From: a candidate division WOR-3 bacterium
Lineage (GTDB): Bacteria > Hydrothermota > Tepidihabitantia > SM23-42 > JAOAFX01
NCBI GenBank assembly: GCA_037444665.1
Contig: JBBILZ010000001.1
Span: 25,434 to 89,433 of the forward strand
Length of the DNA stretch: 64,000 bases
Reading direction: 5' to 3'
Part shown: positions 28,723 to 36,723 of the stretch, one piece after another
Position numbering within the stretch: the stretch's first letter is position 1
Layout of the letters: every line of letters starts with the position of its first letter
Notes under the pieces: model-generated
Seen by the model: only the letters and a program-made list of their open reading frames with translations
Databases searched by the model: none
What the model was told of the DNA's origin: nothing
Made by a program: the position numbers and the translations under genes

Positions 28723-30169
28723 AACCGGAAATTTAAGAAAACAGTTGCTAATCGACGCATTAGAAGGAAGAGCCAATGTATATAGACTTATAGGCGAATA
28801 CGATGAAGCAATACAAGACTATCAGAAGGCTATATTCTGGTGTAAAAAGGGAACAAAACCAGACTCCCTTTTAATAGCAAATCTAATAATTCACCTTGCT
28901 GACATCTTTCGAGAAGGCAAAAATGATTATGATAAGTCAGCGATGCTTATTAAAAAATTATTTAACAGGATGAGTAAAAAAAATAAAAATGCGCTTTATC
29001 CACTCGGTTTAAATATCCTTGGTATTATTCTCACCCACAGAGGAAGGTATAAACAAGCACTGGAATATCATAAAAAGGCACTCAGTATTAATAAAAAATT
29101 AAAGGACAAAACAGAAACAGGGAAAACATATTTGGTTATTGGAGACATTTATTATTATACAGGTGACTTCACAAATGCATTGAAATACTACAAAAAATCG
29201 GCTACAATATTAAAAACAACAGGCAATAAAACCAATCTTGATATAGCTTATAATAATATCGGTTCTATTTATTATGACCAGGGTAAATCTTTTATGGCGT
29301 TAAAATATTACAAAAGATCTCTTAACATATCTGAAAAGATAGAATCCAAACTTGATATTGGCGTTACTTGTGGCAATATTGGAACAGTATATCATAGTAT
29401 AGGCAACCTTGATATTGCCTTGAAATATTATGAGAAATCTATTAACATATTAAAGCAGATTGATTATAAAATAGGAATTACCACAGGTTACAACAACCTT
29501 GGTGCTGCATATTACGATAAAGGTAGATTCCATACCGCATTGAGATACTATAGAAAATCTTTAAGTACATTTCAGGAGATAGGTTATTATTTGGGGATTG
29601 GACTCGTTTATTTGAAGATGGGTCAGGCTTATACAGGATTAAGAAATTTCAGCCGAGCGGATAAATATCTTAAATTAGCAGAAAAAATATTTATGGGGAA
29701 TCCCAATAAAAAAATTCTATCAAAAATTTATATAGGTTTCTCGGAATTATACTACGGAAAAAAAGATTACGAAGGTGCATTTAAACATGCAAACAAGGCA
29801 CTCTCTTTAACAAGAGAAACAAAAATAATAGAACAGAAGATTTCGGCATTAAGACTAATGGGGAAGGCAATAAAGTGCCTGACGCATAATACAGGGCACA
29901 CGATGCAGGATAAAGCAATACCATCCACTAAAAAAGCGATTTCTTATCTTGAAGAATCAATTGCCCTTGCGCGGAGATACAATATGAAACTGGAACTTGC
30001 AAAATCTCTTTACGAACTTGGGAAAGTATATTTACCTTCTCGTGAAACGGAAAATGCGAAAGGCGAAACGGAGAAAAAGGCGTTACGATATTTAAAAGAA
30101 GCAGCAGAAATTTTCAAAAAAGCAGGTGCTGAATTGTGGTTAAAGAAAGTAAAAAACTTAATCGCTTAA
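28709..30169 (+). CDS. TPR-repeat protein, paralog 3
   Basis: 486 aa. N-terminus RKQLLIDALEGRANVYRLIGEYDEA and a C-terminal module shared with the paralog-1 tail. Overlaps the end of paralog 2. Confidence 0.7.
   Translation: MLMIKTGNLRKQLLIDALEGRANVYRLIGEYDEAIQDYQKAIFWCKKGTKPDSLLIANLIIHLADIFREGKNDYDKSAMLIKKLFNRMSKKNKNALYPLGLNILGIILTHRGRYKQALEYHKKALSINKKLKDKTETGKTYLVIGDIYYYTGDFTNALKYYKKSATILKTTGNKTNLDIAYNNIGSIYYDQGKSFMALKYYKRSLNISEKIESKLDIGVTCGNIGTVYHSIGNLDIALKYYEKSINILKQIDYKIGITTGYNNLGAAYYDKGRFHTALRYYRKSLSTFQEIGYYLGIGLVYLKMGQAYTGLRNFSRADKYLKLAEKIFMGNPNKKILSKIYIGFSELYYGKKDYEGAFKHANKALSLTRETKIIEQKISALRLMGKAIKCLTHNTGHTMQDKAIPSTKKAISYLEESIALARRYNMKLELAKSLYELGKVYLPSRETENAKGETEKKALRYLKEAAEIFKKAGAELWLKKVKNLIA
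29999..30148 (+). repeat. ~149-bp direct repeat, copy 2
   Basis: See 27073..27221. Confidence 0.7.
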
Positions 30170-30263
30170 TTATTATCAGAAACCCAGTAATAAATAAACT
30201 AAAATATATAAAAAGTAAAATGATATTCATACAGAATAGAGTTAAGCTTAATTCTTTACATTA

Positions 30264-30291
30264 TTGACATAGCGAATTTAATCTATATAAT
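30264..30291 (+). promoter_or_regulatory. sigma70-type promoter TTGACA-N16-TATAAT for the FBP aldolase/phosphatase gene
   Basis: Perfect hexamers at 30264-30269 and 30286-30291. AAGGAGG ribosome-binding site at about 30314, ATG at 30327. Confidence 0.6.
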
Positions 30292-30326
30292 AATTTATTA
30301 TATCTAATAAGTGTTAAGGAGGCATA

Positions 30327-31412
30327 ATGGCGATTACTTTGAGCATTATTAAGGCAGATATTGGTGGGTATGTGGGGCACTCAAGCATGCATCCCAATAT
30401 AATTGCCCGTGCAATTCAATTGCTTGATGCCCAGAAAAATAAGGGCACAATTGTTGACTTCCATGTTTCGCATTGTGGCGATGACCTGGAACTCATTATG
30501 AGCCATCGGCTCGGCAATGATTCTAATGAGATTCATAAACTTGCCTGGGACATATTTGTTGAATGCACAAATGTCGCAAAAGAATTAAAACTTTATGGTG
30601 CGGGTCAGGACCTTCTTTCTGATGCCTTCTCTGGTAATGTCAAAGGTATGGGACCAGGCTGTGCTGAAATGACCTTTGAAGAACGTAAAAGTGAACCGGT
30701 TATTGTCTTTGCCGCAGATAAAACCTCTCCTGGTGCCTGGAACTATCCTTTATTCAAAATGTTTGCTGACCCATTCAATACAATTGGACTGGTCATTGAC
30801 CCGAGCATGCACGATGGATTTGTTTTTGAAGTGCACGATGTTTTCCATGACAAGAATGCCAAAATGAACACACCCGAAGATATGTATGACCTTTTGTGTC
30901 TCATTGGTGCATCTGAACATTATATTATAAAGAATGTCTATAAAAAAGATGGCACCATTGCTGCGACAACTTCAACCCAGAAAGTAAATTTACTTGCAGG
31001 AAGATATGTAGGTAAAGATGACCCGGTAATGATTGTGCGCTGTCAGAGTGGTCTACCTGCAGTTGGTGAGGTACTTGAGCCATTCTCATTCCCTTATATG
31101 GTAACAGGCTGGATGCGTGGCTCACACTGGGGACCATTTATGCCAGTTTCAGTGGAACAAGCAAACCCCACAAGGTTTGACGGGCCACCAAGGCTAATTG
31201 CACTGGGCTTTCAAATATCAAATGGAATGCTTGTTGGACCAAGGGATATGTTTGCTGACCCGAGTTATGACCATACCAGGCAGAAGGCAAATGAGATTGC
31301 TGATTATATCAGAAGGCATGGTCCATTTGAACCACAAAGGTTACCTCTTACGGAAATGGAATATACTACACTTCCTCAGGTGCTCAATAAATTAAAAGAC
31401 CGGTTTAAATAG
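30327..31412 (+). CDS. fbp: fructose-1,6-bisphosphate aldolase/phosphatase (bifunctional, archaeal-type class V FBPase)
   Basis: 361 aa. N-terminus ITLSIIKADIGGYVGHS is the hallmark of the FBP aldolase/phosphatase family. Confidence 0.85.
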   Translation: MAITLSIIKADIGGYVGHSSMHPNIIARAIQLLDAQKNKGTIVDFHVSHCGDDLELIMSHRLGNDSNEIHKLAWDIFVECTNVAKELKLYGAGQDLLSDAFSGNVKGMGPGCAEMTFEERKSEPVIVFAADKTSPGAWNYPLFKMFADPFNTIGLVIDPSMHDGFVFEVHDVFHDKNAKMNTPEDMYDLLCLIGASEHYIIKNVYKKDGTIAATTSTQKVNLLAGRYVGKDDPVMIVRCQSGLPAVGEVLEPFSFPYMVTGWMRGSHWGPFMPVSVEQANPTRFDGPPRLIALGFQISNGMLVGPRDMFADPSYDHTRQKANEIADYIRRHGPFEPQRLPLTEMEYTTLPQVLNKLKDRFK

Positions 31413-31438
31413 AAAAGCGATAAATTTTTCAATCCCTA

Positions 31439-31473
31439 AAAATCCCCCTTTTTTAAGGGGGATTTTATTTTTA
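31439..31473 (+). terminator. rho-independent terminator after fbp
   Basis: Hairpin aaatccccc-ttttttaa-gggggattt followed by a T-tract. Confidence 0.7.
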
Positions 31474-31485
31474 AAAAAATTTACT

Positions 31486-31512
31486 TGACTAAGGACAAAA
31501 TCCGCATATAAT
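31486..31512 (+). promoter_or_regulatory. promoter TTGACT-N15-TATAAT, leaderless (the ATG lies 6 nt after the -10)
   Basis: Hexamers at 31486-31491 and 31507-31512, ATG at 31518, with no room for a Shine-Dalgarno sequence. Confidence 0.55.
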
Positions 31513-31517
31513 TTCGC

Positions 31518-32576
31518 ATGAATAAAATATTATTTAAATATTTCAGTTTTCAGCATTATATTATCTCAGAAAAAAAAGCGCTGGTGATTTTTTTATTATC
31601 AATAATCACCCTCTGCTCTGCTCAGATCTGGCAACCTGGTGCTACTGGATATACATTTTTGAAATTGGGTATTGGTGTTCGTCCAGTGGCAATGGGTAAT
31701 GCATTTACTGCTTTGAGCGATGATGGCAATGCAGTATTCTGGAACCCGGCAGGGCTCGGCGTTAATAACAGTTATTATATTTCGGGTATGGGAATGTCGC
31801 ATCTTGGTTTTATCCAGTATTATAATCTAACTTCATCAATCTTTTTAGGCAAAAAGGCCGGCTCACTGGGCATTGGTATTTGCTACCTGACTGCAAAAGA
31901 TACAAGGCGTGATGAGGCAGGCAATGAATCTGAAGATTTCCGTAATTCTGATATGCTGTTAAATTGTGGTTATGGAAAGAGTATTGGCAAAAAAAATCAA
32001 ATCTCATTTGGTGGTGGTGCAAAAGTTGTTTACAGTCGGCTGGAGAGTGTGAGTGCCTATGGATTCCTGGGTGATTTTGGTCTAATACTACATCCTGTTA
32101 AATTTATTTATTTAGGAACCACAATCAAAAATTTAGGCACACCAAGAAAGTTTATTGAAAAGTGGGAATATCCACCAGTAAATTTTCGGCAGGGGCTTGC
32201 CTTAAAAATACCATTCGGTCAAAGCCACTGGGCACTGAGCATTGATTATTCTCTATATCCAGACTATATACCAACATTTTCTATTGGTAGTGAAGTTCAC
32301 ATTCGTGAACCAAAGATAATGCAACAAACTACCAAAGCAATATTTGGTCAGGAAACAATGATTTCGGGATTTTCCTTGATGGCTGGTTATCAGACTGGTT
32401 ATCAGGACCTGGGCTGGTCAGGTTTAACTTTTGGTTTTTCTTTAGAGATAATGATAGGCTCGGGACTATTTCTTGATATTGGTGCAGTAGCTCTCTCCTA
32501 CGGATATTTAGGCTATTCTGAGCGTATCGGTATTGGATTAAATTATGCGCCAGAGTTAAAGAAGGCAAAGAGTTAG
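31518..32576 (+). CDS. outer-membrane beta-barrel protein, PorV/PorQ-like (T9SS-associated family)
   Basis: 352 aa with a signal peptide. N-terminal motif VAMGNAFTALSDDGNAVFWNPAGLG, which I recall as the signature of the PorV/PorQ/UPF0164 barrel family, followed by an alternating beta pattern. Confidence 0.5.
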   Translation: MNKILFKYFSFQHYIISEKKALVIFLLSIITLCSAQIWQPGATGYTFLKLGIGVRPVAMGNAFTALSDDGNAVFWNPAGLGVNNSYYISGMGMSHLGFIQYYNLTSSIFLGKKAGSLGIGICYLTAKDTRRDEAGNESEDFRNSDMLLNCGYGKSIGKKNQISFGGGAKVVYSRLESVSAYGFLGDFGLILHPVKFIYLGTTIKNLGTPRKFIEKWEYPPVNFRQGLALKIPFGQSHWALSIDYSLYPDYIPTFSIGSEVHIREPKIMQQTTKAIFGQETMISGFSLMAGYQTGYQDLGWSGLTFGFSLEIMIGSGLFLDIGAVALSYGYLGYSERIGIGLNYAPELKKAKS

Positions 32577-33543
32577 TATAATTACTCGCCGCATTCCAGA
32601 TTAGTATTCCATCTGCATCAGCATTCATAGCACCCAATATTTGAGAAAATATATAATCATCATTATAGTCTTCAGCATAAAGGTCAAAACCCTGGACAAA
32701 TGGAATCACCTTTACATTGAGTGGTAATTTTTTGAATGCCTCTTCTACTGAATCAAAATAGATCCAGTAGTTCCGCCAGTATTCGCAGACCTCTTTTTTA
32801 AAGTTAGGATGAAAATGTGAAGGATAGAGCATTGGATAGACAACATCTACAACCGCGCCAAAGCGTGAGACTTCCTGGCCTTCGGTCTTTAAATCATACC
32901 ACACTGCATAGCCAAAGATGCAGATGCCAATCTCAGCGTCAACCTTTTTTCTGACCTCTTCAAGGAATCCAATGATTGGCTCATACCTTGAACCTTTGAC
33001 ATCGGTCCATCTGATGCTCTCAAGGTTCCCATCTGTTGGAAATCTTATGTAGTCAAAAGCAAATGAATGAACCCCTTTTTTTGTCAACTCCTCAACAATA
33101 CTTATCAGATACTGTTGCACTCTTTTATTATATGGATTTACCCAGGCAGTCCCTGTTTTATCATACCAGATTTTACCTGCTGTATCACGGATTGCACAAT
33201 CATCATATTGAGCAAGATAACCATCACGAAAGCAGACAATCCTTGCAATCAATTTCACATTTTTCTCTTTACATCTTTTAATCAAATAATCAAGGTCAAT
33301 GTATTTTCTGAATGCCTTAAGTTCCTTAACTAAATTTAGTTCTGATTCATAGGTGAGATAACCATAATCACCTTTTAAATCCACAACGATTGTATTAATA
33401 TAACCAGAGTCAGCATAAGCAAAGACCTTTTCTAAATAACTCTTCTTGCCTGCCTGATAAGGATTCAGATAGATACCCTGAATAAGACTATCAGGATTAG
33501 TCAAAAATATTGAATACAGGACAAATATTACACAGGGGTTCAT
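32329..33543 (-). CDS. putative glycoside hydrolase-like TIM-barrel protein (GHL10/DUF4015-like)
   Basis: About 404 aa from the internal Met MNPCVIFVLYSIFL, which has a signal peptide. The ORF track extends it to 33576. The family call is from memory and uncertain. The 3' 248 nt overlap the convergent PorV-like ORF, so one end is probably mis-called. Confidence 0.45.
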   Translation of the reverse strand: MNPCVIFVLYSIFLTNPDSLIQGIYLNPYQAGKKSYLEKVFAYADSGYINTIVVDLKGDYGYLTYESELNLVKELKAFRKYIDLDYLIKRCKEKNVKLIARIVCFRDGYLAQYDDCAIRDTAGKIWYDKTGTAWVNPYNKRVQQYLISIVEELTKKGVHSFAFDYIRFPTDGNLESIRWTDVKGSRYEPIIGFLEEVRKKVDAEIGICIFGYAVWYDLKTEGQEVSRFGAVVDVVYPMLYPSHFHPNFKKEVCEYWRNYWIYFDSVEEAFKKLPLNVKVIPFVQGFDLYAEDYNDDYIFSQILGAMNADADGILIWNAASNYTNSLPSLTLAHNLIQYRYAQNSLNIRRRELLHQYQEIVPSLSLSLKKNQKLNLTSPGPDNQSDNQPSRKIPKSLFPDQILLW

Positions 33544-34162
33544 TTTTCTTACAGAATTCTTTACCCAATCTAACAATTAAAGCATGGTATTCATTGTATA
33601 ATTGAGTATCTTTATATAAATTATCTTCAAATAATCTTTTGACCTCATCATAGTGAGCATCCTGGTTTATTAACTTATGCCTTGATAATATCCTGCGGGT
33701 ATATGCATCAACCACAAAAACCGGTCTGCCCAGCGCATAAAGAAGAATGGAATCAGCAGTCTCATACCCAATCCCCGGGATAGAGAGAAGTTCTTTTCTG
33801 ATAATTTCTGTAGCCCTGGTTTCAAAATTTGCGATATCGCCTTCATAATTCTCAACAAAATACTTTAAGAAAGCAATCAATCTTTTGCTCTTCAGTCTAT
33901 AGAATCCAGATGGCTTTATTAAATCTGGAATTCTGTCCATATTTTTTAACAATTTTTTGGGATTCATTAATTTTGCTTTTTTAATGTTATTGATTGCCTT
34001 TTCTACATTTTTCCAGCTTGTATTCTGGGTGAGAATAGCACCTATCATAATCTCAAATGGCGAATCTCCAGGCCACCAGTATTGGGGACCAAATTTATTA
34101 AAAAGACAATAATAAATATTTAAAAATAATTTACCTGAATCTTTATCTCTCTTTTTGCCCAT
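33497..34162 (-). CDS. HhH-GPD superfamily DNA glycosylase (endonuclease III-like, no Fe-S cluster)
   Basis: 221 aa. HhH motif LLSIPGIGYETADSILLYALGRPVFVVDAYTRRIL, with no C-terminal 4-Cys cluster. Confidence 0.65.
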   Translation of the reverse strand: MGKKRDKDSGKLFLNIYYCLFNKFGPQYWWPGDSPFEIMIGAILTQNTSWKNVEKAINNIKKAKLMNPKKLLKNMDRIPDLIKPSGFYRLKSKRLIAFLKYFVENYEGDIANFETRATEIIRKELLSIPGIGYETADSILLYALGRPVFVVDAYTRRILSRHKLINQDAHYDEVKRLFEDNLYKDTQLYNEYHALIVRLGKEFCKKNEPLCNICPVFNIFD

Positions 34163-34192
34163 TAATAACTGGATACAATCTGAGTTGATTTT

Positions 34193-34843
34193 TTATTCTA
34201 AGTGATAGTCAGTGAGACTGAACTCACCATTACTATTCTTGAATCTAACCAGACCTATACCCGGTGCATAGTATTCTTCTAAATATATCTGTTGGGAAAT
34301 AGTTGAATCTGGTGTCGCAACAGACTCAGATATTGAGATAATAACCTTATAGACCTCGCCATAGAGTTCATCATCTTGATAGTCTGAAACCAATCCCTCT
34401 ATCAAATATCTTGCCTTTATCCATTCACCAAAAAAATCAAGTGAATCTGAAAGCGAATCAATGAATCTATTTCCAGTGACCAATGGCAGTTCAAGTCTGG
34501 TAATATAACCCTGTAAAATTGTATAAATAGAGCCACCATAATTGTGCGTTATCTCTATATATTCTTTGATGCCTTTGATATCCTTAGAAAAATAATGGAA
34601 TTCACCAGAAGCATTGAAAGGATAAACTTCCCTTTGTAATAATGTATCCACTGGTTCAACTGTAATACTCACAATCTCGGGTTTGTATAAATCATTATTT
34701 GCGTATCGCCACCAATTCCCTTCTTTTACTGGAAAGTATTCACTGCCCGAACGCTCAATAATATTATTCTTGCAGGAATTAGAAGAGATTATTATTATAC
34801 ACACTAAAACAGTTCTTATCAGCAATTTAAAATTCATAACCAA
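34193..34843 (-). CDS. hypothetical lipoprotein
   Basis: 216 aa, signal peptide ending ...ISSNSC. No recognisable domain. Confidence 0.5.
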   Translation of the reverse strand: MVMNFKLLIRTVLVCIIIISSNSCKNNIIERSGSEYFPVKEGNWWRYANNDLYKPEIVSITVEPVDTLLQREVYPFNASGEFHYFSKDIKGIKEYIEITHNYGGSIYTILQGYITRLELPLVTGNRFIDSLSDSLDFFGEWIKARYLIEGLVSDYQDDELYGEVYKVIISISESVATPDSTISQQIYLEEYYAPGIGLVRFKNSNGEFSLTDYHLE

Positions 34844-35291
34844 TCCCTAAATTTATGCCCAGGCTACCAGCTTGGGCTTTAAAATCAGTTATACCACTGT
34901 AATAGAACATAGGATAGATATTCAGTGCCTCATAATGGAAATTTATGAGAAAACCGATTGTGTAATTGAATCCTATACCCCACTCCTTATTTTTGTTCAA
35001 TGTTCTTGATACATAGCCACCACCAAATTCTAAGAATGGTGATATGCGCCAGTTCATTTTTTTTATCAAAAGTGTAACACCATAGTTACTAAAAGAATAT
35101 CCCGGATTCTTTCCCTGATAATAAGAACCAAACAGCCCGAGGTCTAAATAGACATTATGATTTAAATCTTCTTTACCGATAAATGCTTTAAAAGATAGAC
35201 CGTTGTTCAACTCATTATCAAGCCCGATGATTGGTTGATTAAAACCTGCCTCAACACCTGCATGTATACTCAATATTACAATCAATAACAT
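34827..35291 (-). CDS. small outer-membrane beta-barrel protein (hypothetical)
   Basis: 154 aa. Signal peptide, alternating aromatic/Gly pattern and a terminal ...GIGYEF. Confidence 0.5.
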   Translation of the reverse strand: MLLIVILSIHAGVEAGFNQPIIGLDNELNNGLSFKAFIGKEDLNHNVYLDLGLFGSYYQGKNPGYSFSNYGVTLLIKKMNWRISPFLEFGGGYVSRTLNKNKEWGIGFNYTIGFLINFHYEALNIYPMFYYSGITDFKAQAGSLGINLGIGYEF

Positions 35292-35400
35292 ACTAAATAA
35301 TAACTAAAAAAAAATAAAAGTCAAGAGAAAATGCACAGATAAATTTTTAGAGCTTTTCCTGAAAATGTAGTGTAGGGCTTTATGCACGTGAAATAAAGGA

Positions 35401-35458
35401 TATCAAGATATCAGAATATCAGAGGGAAGGGCATCAGGGTAGCAGGGTATCAGAGTAT
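35401..35458. repeat. intergenic repeat copy C, module 1 ((TATCA/CAGGGTA)n-like tract)
   Basis: tatcaagatatcagaatatcagagggaagggcatcagggtagcagggtatcagagtat. Related to cagtatcgagtatccagtatcaagg in copy A. Confidence 0.45.
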
Positions 35459-35519
35459 TTAATTGTATTGTAGTTTCAGTACATTTCACCACGCAACATT
35501 ACGGACTAAATTCTAAGCA

Positions 35520-35700
35520 CTAAAAGAATCGTTTATCAGTTTATCCGCCAAACTGTATGGCGGACGAAAATCGCTTCGGTTAGGTTTTTGTAGTCGTTCA
35601 ACGACAAACGACACCGTTAGACGAAACGCATCTCTAAACCGACAAACGTTTAACGATTTACGTGGGTAACTGAGATTTAAATATTGGTGTGGATTATGTT
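35520..35700 (-). ncRNA. candidate structured RNA (unclassified), a GC-richer island in an AT-rich divergent intergenic region
   Basis: Locally higher GC and several short stems (ccgccaaactgtatggcgg, cgtttatcag...cgtttaacga, repeated gacgaaa/acgacaaacg). The only ORF is a weak 77-aa one on the minus strand. Strand and boundaries are guesses. Confidence 0.2.
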
Positions 35701-35728
35701 CCCCGATTCCTCCTGATTCCATTTCAGC

Positions 35729-35766
35729 ATTTAGGTATTTAGGCATTTTGGACTTTTAGGCATTTT
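35729..35766. repeat. intergenic repeat copy C, module 2 (tttaggcattttggacttttaggcatttt)
   Basis: 29/29 identical to 62664..62692 in copy B. Confidence 0.6.
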
Positions 35767-35814
35767 ATTTTATAAGTCATGGTCATTTAAGTTTACCGCA
35801 CAAGTTTTAGTATA

Positions 35815-35833
35815 TATGCACAATTTTTGTGCA
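35815..35833. promoter_or_regulatory. candidate operator: 19-nt perfect palindrome ATGCACAATTTTTGTGCAT about 80 nt upstream of the FN3-lipoprotein operon
   Basis: Core identical to 14776..14794. Confidence 0.45.
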
Positions 35834-35911
35834 TTATTTATGAAAAACTCCCGAAATTTCAAGGCTTTAACCTGGCACAGGATTTGCATATTATATTGGC
35901 AGAGGTGCCAA

Positions 35912-36682
35912 ATGAAAAGAATAAAAGATTCCCTTCAATTGATTCTGGTCGCATCCGGGCTAATTTTTTCGCCCTGCTGTTATGAAGAAGCAGACAATGA
36001 GCCACCTGCAGTTCCCAGAGGTTTGAATTCCATTACTGGTGACGAACAAGTGATGCTCACCTGGTATCAGAATACTGAACCTGACCTTGCTGGTTATAGG
36101 GTCTTTCGCAGTCCTGCACCAGAAGGACCTTATTATCTTATCGGTGAAACAAACTTAGATTATTTCCTTGATTATGGTTTAATGAACGGACAAACCTATT
36201 TCTATGCAATCTCTGCTTATGACATACATAATAACGAAAGTGAACTTTCTTATGAGACGGTCTATGATACACCCAGACCCGAAGGATTTGATGAAAAAAT
36301 CTTTGATTATACTGAATACCCTGCGTATGCTGGTTGGGACTTCAGCAATTATACAGTAGTTCCATACAATTATTCAAACTGTGATTTTTATTTTGGTTAT
36401 GACGATTACAATAATTCTTATTATTTCTTCATTGGTAAGCCCGGTGGATTGATTCAGGATATGGGTTATACCTATTCTTTTGATGAGATTGGTTATGCGC
36501 CTGATGATGGTTGGTCTCCAACCGGCATTGCACAAGCCATTGAAGGCCATACCTATGTTATCTGGACCTGGGACAACCATTTTGCCAAAGTCCGTATCAC
36601 ATCAATAAAATCTGATTATGTCGTGTTTGACTGGGCATACCAGGTTGACCCGGGTAACCCGGAACTGGTGAGGAAAAAATGA
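35912..36682 (+). CDS. secreted or lipoprotein-like protein with a fibronectin type III domain
   Basis: Start set at MKRIKDSLQLILVASGLIFSPCC, which has an AGAGGTG ribosome-binding site. The ORF track starts at 35816, inside the operator. FN3-like segment PPAVPRGLNS...LTWYQNTEPDLAGYRVFRS...TYFYAISAYD. Confidence 0.55.
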   Translation: MKRIKDSLQLILVASGLIFSPCCYEEADNEPPAVPRGLNSITGDEQVMLTWYQNTEPDLAGYRVFRSPAPEGPYYLIGETNLDYFLDYGLMNGQTYFYAISAYDIHNNESELSYETVYDTPRPEGFDEKIFDYTEYPAYAGWDFSNYTVVPYNYSNCDFYFGYDDYNNSYYFFIGKPGGLIQDMGYTYSFDEIGYAPDDGWSPTGIAQAIEGHTYVIWTWDNHFAKVRITSIKSDYVVFDWAYQVDPGNPELVRKK

Positions 36683-36723
36683 AAAATAATCTGCATTTTT
36701 GCAGAGCAACAAAGGAGGTTAAA

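Noticed and set aside
35513-35746. 77-aa minus-strand ORF in the 35.3-35.8 kb intergenic region
   Set aside because: There is no ribosome-binding site and the amino-acid sequence is implausible. It overlaps a repeat module and the GC-rich candidate-RNA segment.
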